A DNA stretch of 56,251 bases, filler included, from Pristiophorus japonicus (taxonomy: Eukaryota), in assembly GCF_044704955.1 (NCBI RefSeq). It is 4 parts of 3 records of this genome, joined end to end, with 100 filler letters (N's around TTAATTAATTAA, not from the genome) between each part and the next. Parts side by side here need not be neighbours in the genome. Positions count along the whole stretch, not along the records: positions 29,426 to 56,251 come from NW_027252336.1; 3 more parts are not named here. One strand, 5' to 3'. Below the pieces are notes generated by a model that was given only the letters and a program-made list of their open reading frames with translations, was not told the origin of the DNA and did no database searches. Made by a program: the position numbers and the translations under genes. Numbering within the stretch: the stretch's first letter is position 1; every line of letters begins with the position of its first letter. Below are positions 49,926 through 56,251 of this stretch, piece by piece.

Positions 49926-51172
49926 CATCATAGAATCACAAAAGTTTACAGCACGGAAGGAGGCCATTTTCTCCCATCGTGACTATGCCGGTCAATCAGA
50001 GGCAAACCAGCCAAATCCCACTTCCCATCCTTGGTCCGTAACCCTGCAGGTTACGATACTTCAACTGCACATTCAAGTACATTGTAAATGTGGTGAGGGT
50101 TACGCCCTATACCACACTTTCAGCCAGTGAGTTCCAGACCTCGGAAACGCTCTGCATTAAGAAATTCCCCTCAACTGCCCTCTAAACCTTCTACCAATTA
50201 CTTTAAATTTATGCCCGGTGTAAGTCGACCCCTCTGCTATGGGAAATAGACCCTTTCTATCTATTCTATCTTGGCCCCTCATAATTGAATACACCTCAAT
50301 CAGTTCTCCGCTCAGCCTCGTCTGTTCCTAGGAAAACAAATTTAGCCAATCCAATCTGTACTCACAGCTAATATTCTCCACTGCTACCAATATCCTCCTA
50401 AATCGCCTCTATACCCTCTCGAGTGCAATCACGTCCTTCCTGTAATGTGGTGACCAGAACTGCACTCACTACTACAGCTGTGGCCTAACCAGTATTTTAT
50501 ACAGTTCAAACATAAACCACCTTTCTTGTATGCTTTGCTTTGCCAAATAAAGGCAAGCATTCCGTAAGCCTTCTTAACCAGCTTATCTACCTGGTCTATT
50601 ACCTTCAGGGATCTGTGGACATGCACTTTGGACATCCAAAGTCTCTTTGTTCGTCTACACTTCTCAGTTTCCAACTATTTAAAGTGTATTTCCGTTCCTT
50701 GATAGCCATCCTCAAATGCATTACCTCACAGTTCTCTGGATTCAATACAAATTTGCACTATTCTGCCCCCCTGACCAGTTGATTGATATCTTCCTGCATT
50801 ACGCAACTTCCCTCTTCATTACCAACCATATAGCCAGTTTTAGTATCATCTGCAAACTTCTCAATCATACCCCCATATTCAAGTCTAGTTCATTGATGTA
50901 TATCACAAAAAGTTGAGATCTAGTACTGAGCCCTGTGGAACCCCACTGGAAAGATCCTTCCAGCCACAAAAACACCCATCAACCTTTACCCATTGCTTCC
51001 TGCCTCTGAGCCAATTTTTGGTCCAACTTGCCACTTTGCCCTGTATCGCAAGAGTTTTTACTTTTGTGATCAGTTTGCCATGTGAGACCTTATCAAAAGC
51101 CTAGCGAAAATCCATAATCACTACTTCATATGTTTGGCTCTCATCGACCCACCTGGTTAATTTCTCAAAAAG
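49926..51172 (-). mobile_element. Degenerate CR1
   Basis: catcatagaatc tail; RT remnants on the reverse strand (GVPQGSVL, FADD). Confidence 0.85.
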
Positions 51173-51425
51173 GAGGTAACTTCAACCAGTCAAACCCAGT
51201 GAGATCGGATTAACATGGTGGAGAAGCAACTGATAACTTCAACAACAAATAACCTTACATTGCAGTATCAACTGTTTTTGGAGAATATATCTTTAATTTA
51301 CCCCATATTTTGATCGGTTGCTCTTTATTATTTGCCACAACATCAAATGGTTAGTTTTGAGAGTTGGAACGCAAGTCAACAGATCAGGGTCGGAGATCAA
51401 CTCATCCAATCAGACTGGGCCCTCG

Positions 51426-54400
51426 ATGGACAACGCCTATGACGAAGTGGCACAGAACAAAACCATCGTCCTTCCCTGTTTCCTTGTATTAGTGCTTGTA
51501 TCGGGCATTACCGGGACCTCAAGTGCACTGTGGCACATCGTACGAATGAAGAAGGTCTCACAAGCAAGTGATGTCCTCCTTCTGGATTTAATGATCACCG
51601 ACTTCTTGATTATCCTGGTCTCTATACTTTCTCTTATGCAATTTATCCTTGGAAGCAGATTATGGAGTAATTCCGTGATGTCAGTGCCCTCTTGCGTCTA
51701 ATCAATCTTTATGGCAACGCACTTTTCATGACCTGCATTGCTATTACATAGAAACATAGAAAATAGGTGCAAAGGTAGGTCATTCGGCCCTTCGAGCCTG
51801 CACCACCATTCAATATGATCATGGCTGATCATGCAACTTCATTACCCCATTCCTGCTTTCTCTCCATACCCCTTGAACCCTTTAGCTGCAAGTGCCTCAT
51901 CTAAGTCCCTTTTGAATATGTCTAACCAACTGGCCTTAACAACTTTCTGTGGTAGAGAATTCCACAGGTTCACATTTCTCTGAGTGAAGACGTTTCTCCT
52001 CATCTCGGTCCTAATTGGCTTACCCCTTATCCTTAGACTCATGGTGCTGGACTTCCACAAGATCGGGACCATACTTCTTGCATCTAACCTGTCCAATCGC
52101 ATCAGAATTTACCATGTTTCTATGAGATCCCCTCTCATTCTTCTAAATTCCAGTGAATATATGCTTAGTCGATCCAGTCTTTCTTCATATGTCAGTTCTG
52201 CCATCCCGCGAATCTGTCTTTTGAACCATCGCTGCACTCCCTCAATAGCAAGAATGTCCTTCCTCAGGTAAGGAGATCAAAACTCTACATAAATATCAAG
52301 GTGTGGCCTCACCAAGGCCCTGTACAACTTCAGTAAGACCTCACTGCTCCTATATTCAATAACTTTCGCTATGAAGGCCAACATGCCATTCACCGCTTGC
52401 TGAACCTTCATGCCAACTTTCAATAACTGATGTACCATGACACCCAGGTGTCGTTGCACCTCCATTTTTCTTATTTGTCACCATTCAGATAATATTTTGC
52501 TTCCCTGTTTTTGTCACCAAAGTGGATAACCTCACATTTATCTATATTATACTGCATCTGCCATGCATTTGCCCACTCACCTAACCTTTCCAAGTCACCC
52601 TGCAGCCTGTTACCATCCTCCTCACAGTTCACACTGCCATCCAACTTAGTGTCATCTGCAAACTTGGAAATATTATTTTCAATTCCTTCGTCTAAATCAT
52701 TAATGTATATCGTAACTAGCTGAGGTCCCAGCACTGAACCTTGAGGTACCCACTCGTCACTGTCTGCAATTCTGAAAAGGAACCGTTTATTCCTACTCTT
52801 TGCTTCCTGTCTGCCAATCAATTCTCTATCTATGGCAATACATTACCTCCAATACCATGTGCTTTAATTTTTACACACTAATCTCTGATGTGGGACCTGG
52901 CCAAAAACCGTTTGAAAGTTCAAATACACCACAACCACTGGTTCTCCCTTGTCCACGCTACTGGTTACATCCTAAAAAAACTTCTAGACGATTTGGCAAA
53001 CCTGATTTCCCTTTCATTAATCCATGCTGACTTGGACCGATCCTGTCACTGCTTTCCAAATGCGCTGCTATTATATCTTCAACGATGGATTTCAACATTT
53101 TTCCCACTACCGATGTCAGGCTAACCGGTCTATAATTCCCTGTATTCTCTCTCCCACCTTTTTTAAAACGTGGGGTTACATTAGCTATCCTCCAATCCAT
53201 AGGAACTGATCTAGAATCTATAGAATGTTGGAAAATGAACACCAATTCATCCATTATTTCTAGGGCAACTTCCTTAAATACTCAGGGATGCAGAATATCA
53301 GTCCCTGGTGTTTTATCGGCCGTCAATCCCATCAATTTCCCTAACACCTGATTCTGACTGCAAGGGAACTATATTTGTCCTAACTAATTTTTTTCTCTTT
53401 ACATATCTATCGAAGCTTTGCAGTCAGTTTTCATGTTCTCGGCAAGCTTCCTCCCTATACTCTAGTTGCCCCCTCCTAATTAAATCCTTTGTCCTCCTCT
53501 GCTGAATTCTAAATTTCTCCCAGTGCTCAGGTTTGCTGCTTTTCTGGCTAGTTTATATGCCTCTTCCTTGGATTTAACGCAATCCCTAATTTCACTTGAT
53601 AGCTACGGTTGAGCCAATTTCCCCGTTTTATTTTTATGCCAGACAGGGATGTGTAATTATTGAATTTCATCCATGTGATCTTTAAAAGTCTGCAATTGCC
53701 TATCCACTGTCAACCCTTTAAATATCATTCGCCAGTCTATCCTAGCCAATCCACGTTTCATTCCATCGAAATTAACATTCTTTAATTTCAGGACTTTATT
53801 CTCTGAATTAACTGTGTCACTCTCCATCTTAATGAAGAATTATATCACATTAAGGTCACTCTTCCCCAAGTGGCCTCGTAGAACAAGATTGCTAATTAAT
53901 CCTCTCTCATTACATAATCTAGGATGGCCAGCTCTCTGGTTGGTTCCTCGACATATTGGTCTCGAAAACCATCCCTTATACACTCCAGGAAATCCTCCTC
54001 CACCATATTGCTACCAGTTTGGTTAGCCCAATCTATATGTAAATTAAAGTCACCCATGCTAACTGCTGTACCTTTATTGCACGCATTCCTAATTTCCAGT
54101 TTGATGCCACCCCAAAATCACTATGACTGTTTGGTGGTCCGTACACAAATTCCACTAGCGTTTTCTGCCCTTTGGTGTTCCGCAGCTCTACCCATACAGA
54201 TTCCGCTTCATCCAAGCTAATGTCCTTCTTTACTATTGCTTTAATCTCCTCTTTAACCAGCAACGCTACCCCATCTCCTTGACCAATATATTTTTTTGTC
54301 CACCACATTAGGTCTCATGTCTGGTGAAGGCCTTGATGCTACCTCATTCTAGTCTATGCAATTTGGGTGGCAGTGTTGGCCCTGAGCCTGATAGCCTTTT

Positions 54401-54840
54401 CGTAATGAGAATTAGCAGATAAGGTTTCATGCAAATATATGCAATTATCGTGGCAAATTTTCATGGAATTTTTTTAAATTAAATTATTTCCGATCCTGAT
54501 GTTGTTGATCTGCTATACCCTAACCGCAAAAGTAATGATAGAAGTGGGAGCTGAGAAGGAATCTATAGAGCTGATGAAGAAGAAAGTGCTGAAGTACATT
54601 CGTGTAATTTTGGTGCTTCTTTTCTGCTTTGACCCTTATCACATCCCTGAACTGTATTTTGATTGTATTTTGAGATTAAGGATTTGCTAGATCCAGCGAA
54701 TCCATTCCCAGTTTTTTTACAGGGGCAATAGTAAATTTTACAACTGGACCCTCCCTTCATTCATTGCCTTCCTCAATCCCTTGCTGTACATTTTCAGGTC
54801 GCAGAGCTTTGAATGGCGATCGCGCTGCTGCACTGTGTAA
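51426..54840 (+). pseudogene. Intronless delta-group GPCR pseudogene (P2Y/LPAR6/PAR-like), split by a CR1: 51426-51745 and 54281-54840
   Basis: TM1-3: VLPCFLVLVLVSGITG...DLMITDFL...NLYGNALFMTCIAI. After the LINE: DQY..VHHIRS, TM4 W, MLLICY (TM5), FCFDPYH (TM6), FLNPLLYIF (TM7), stop at 54838-54840. Several further stops and frameshifts. Confidence 0.85.
51746..54280 (-). mobile_element. 5'-truncated CR1 (EN + RT), antisense inside the GPCR pseudogene
   Basis: Tail acatagaaacatag at 51746; EN motifs GVALLVKE and ESVWVEL near 54270; same subfamily as 37654-39130 but more decayed. Confidence 0.93.
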
Positions 54841-55371
54841 CATGCTCGAAACAGTAACCCACACGCTCACATCAGCAGGGTCTGAGTTAGAGTGTAAGAA
54901 CTCACCATCTGCTTTTCCACATTAAGTACGGAGAGAATGTGCTGAAGACACGGACATCAGGAGCAACAGTGTTTGTCCAGTTGTTGCGACTGAGCAAATA
55001 GGCTACAAATTATAGCAGATTGAACTTGCCTGAAGTGAAATCATTCCAAACTTAGCTTATGTGTCCATCAAGAACGAATGATTACATTTATCTATCAATG
55101 TTACGTACTCATAAATTTGTTTTCTGACAAGAAAATACGAACCTAACTGATGGTCACGGAAGTTCGAACACTGGTGCTCCTGGGCCTCTACAGGTAGGCA
55201 GGCATAAACGTCCACATATCCCAGGGGTGCACGCGTTTAGCATGTGACCCTGGGACCATTTGGGCCAGGCCGACCAAACAAAAGGTGAATCCCAGTTATG
55301 TTCATGGAGATTCCACTAACTTTTGGAATCAACAAAAGCATAAATAGGAATGTGCCTGTTGGACATGGCCA

Positions 55372-56251
55372 GAAAAAGCAGCAAACCTGAGGACTGGGAG
55401 AAATTTAAAATTCAGCAGAGGAGGACTAAGGATCAATTTCGGACCGTGGAATATAGATTATGAGAGGAAGCTTTCTGGGAACATAAACACTGACTGCAAA
55501 AGCTTCTATAGATATGAAAAGAGGAAAAGTTTAGTGAAGACAAACGTAGGCCTCTTTCAATCAGAATCAAGTGAATTTATAATGGGAAACAAAGAAATGG
55601 CAGACAAATTGAACAAATACTTTTGTTCTGTCTTCACTGAGGAAGACACAAATAACGTTTCAGAAATACTAGTTCCTCCTTCTCGATGGTCTATCGAGAA
55701 GGAGGAACTGAAGGAAATTCTTATTGGACAGGAAATTGTGTAAGGGAAATTGACGGAATTGAAGGCCGATAAATTCCCAGGGCCTGATAGTCTGCATCCC
55801 ATGAGTACTTACGGAAGTGACCCTAGAAATAATGGATGCGTCGATGATAATTTTCCAACAGTCTATCGACTCTGGATTAGTTCCTATGGACTGGAGGGTA
55901 GTTAATGTAACACCACTGTTTAAAAAAGGAGGGAGAGAGAAAAGGGGAAATTATAGACCAATTAGCCTGACATAAGTACTGGGGGAAATGGTGGAATCAA
56001 TTGTTAAAGATGAATTAGCGGCATTTGGAAATCAGTGAAAGGAGCGCTCCAAGTCAGCATGGATTTAGGAAAGGGAAATCATGCTTGAAGAATCTTTTAG
56101 AATTTTTGAGGACTCAACTAGTGGAGTGGACAAGGGAGAACCAGTGGATGTGATGTATTTGGACTTTCAAAAGGCTTGTGACAAGGTACCACACAAGAGA
56201 TTGGTGTGCAAAGTAAAGCACATGGTAATGGGGGCAATGTATTGACGTGGA
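55372..56251 (+). mobile_element. CR1 ORF2 fragment running off the window end
   Basis: LNKYFCSVFTEED, PGPDSLHP, NYRPISLT, YLDFQKA. Confidence 0.9.

Overview
Eukaryotic, repeat-rich DNA, almost certainly from a cartilaginous fish (shark-type IgM exons, SacSINE1/DeuSINE-like SINEs, abundant CR1/L2/RTE LINEs). It is not one contiguous locus. Three identical 100-bp spacers (44 N + TTAATTAATTAA + 44 N) divide it into four pieces (1-2966, 3067-5322, 5423-29325, 29426-56251) whose adjacency may be artificial. Genes found: one Rab-GDI (GDI1-like) exon; an intact single-exon claudin-23-like gene; the 3' half of an IgM heavy-chain pseudogene (Cmu3, Cmu4 plus secretory tail, TM1, TM2) followed by a strong CTCF-like motif; a two-exon GPR139-like GPCR pseudogene; and a P2Y/LPAR6-like GPCR pseudogene split at its DRY motif by a CR1 insertion. 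The rest is nested LINEs, Harbinger-type DNA transposons and MITEs, SINEs and minisatellites. I found no clearly new biological system. The most interesting leads are the IgM/CTCF/GPCR arrangement, the divergent claudin, and a templated inverted duplication upstream of it. Family assignments come from remembered sequence motifs, not database searches, and repeat boundaries are approximate unless a junction is quoted.
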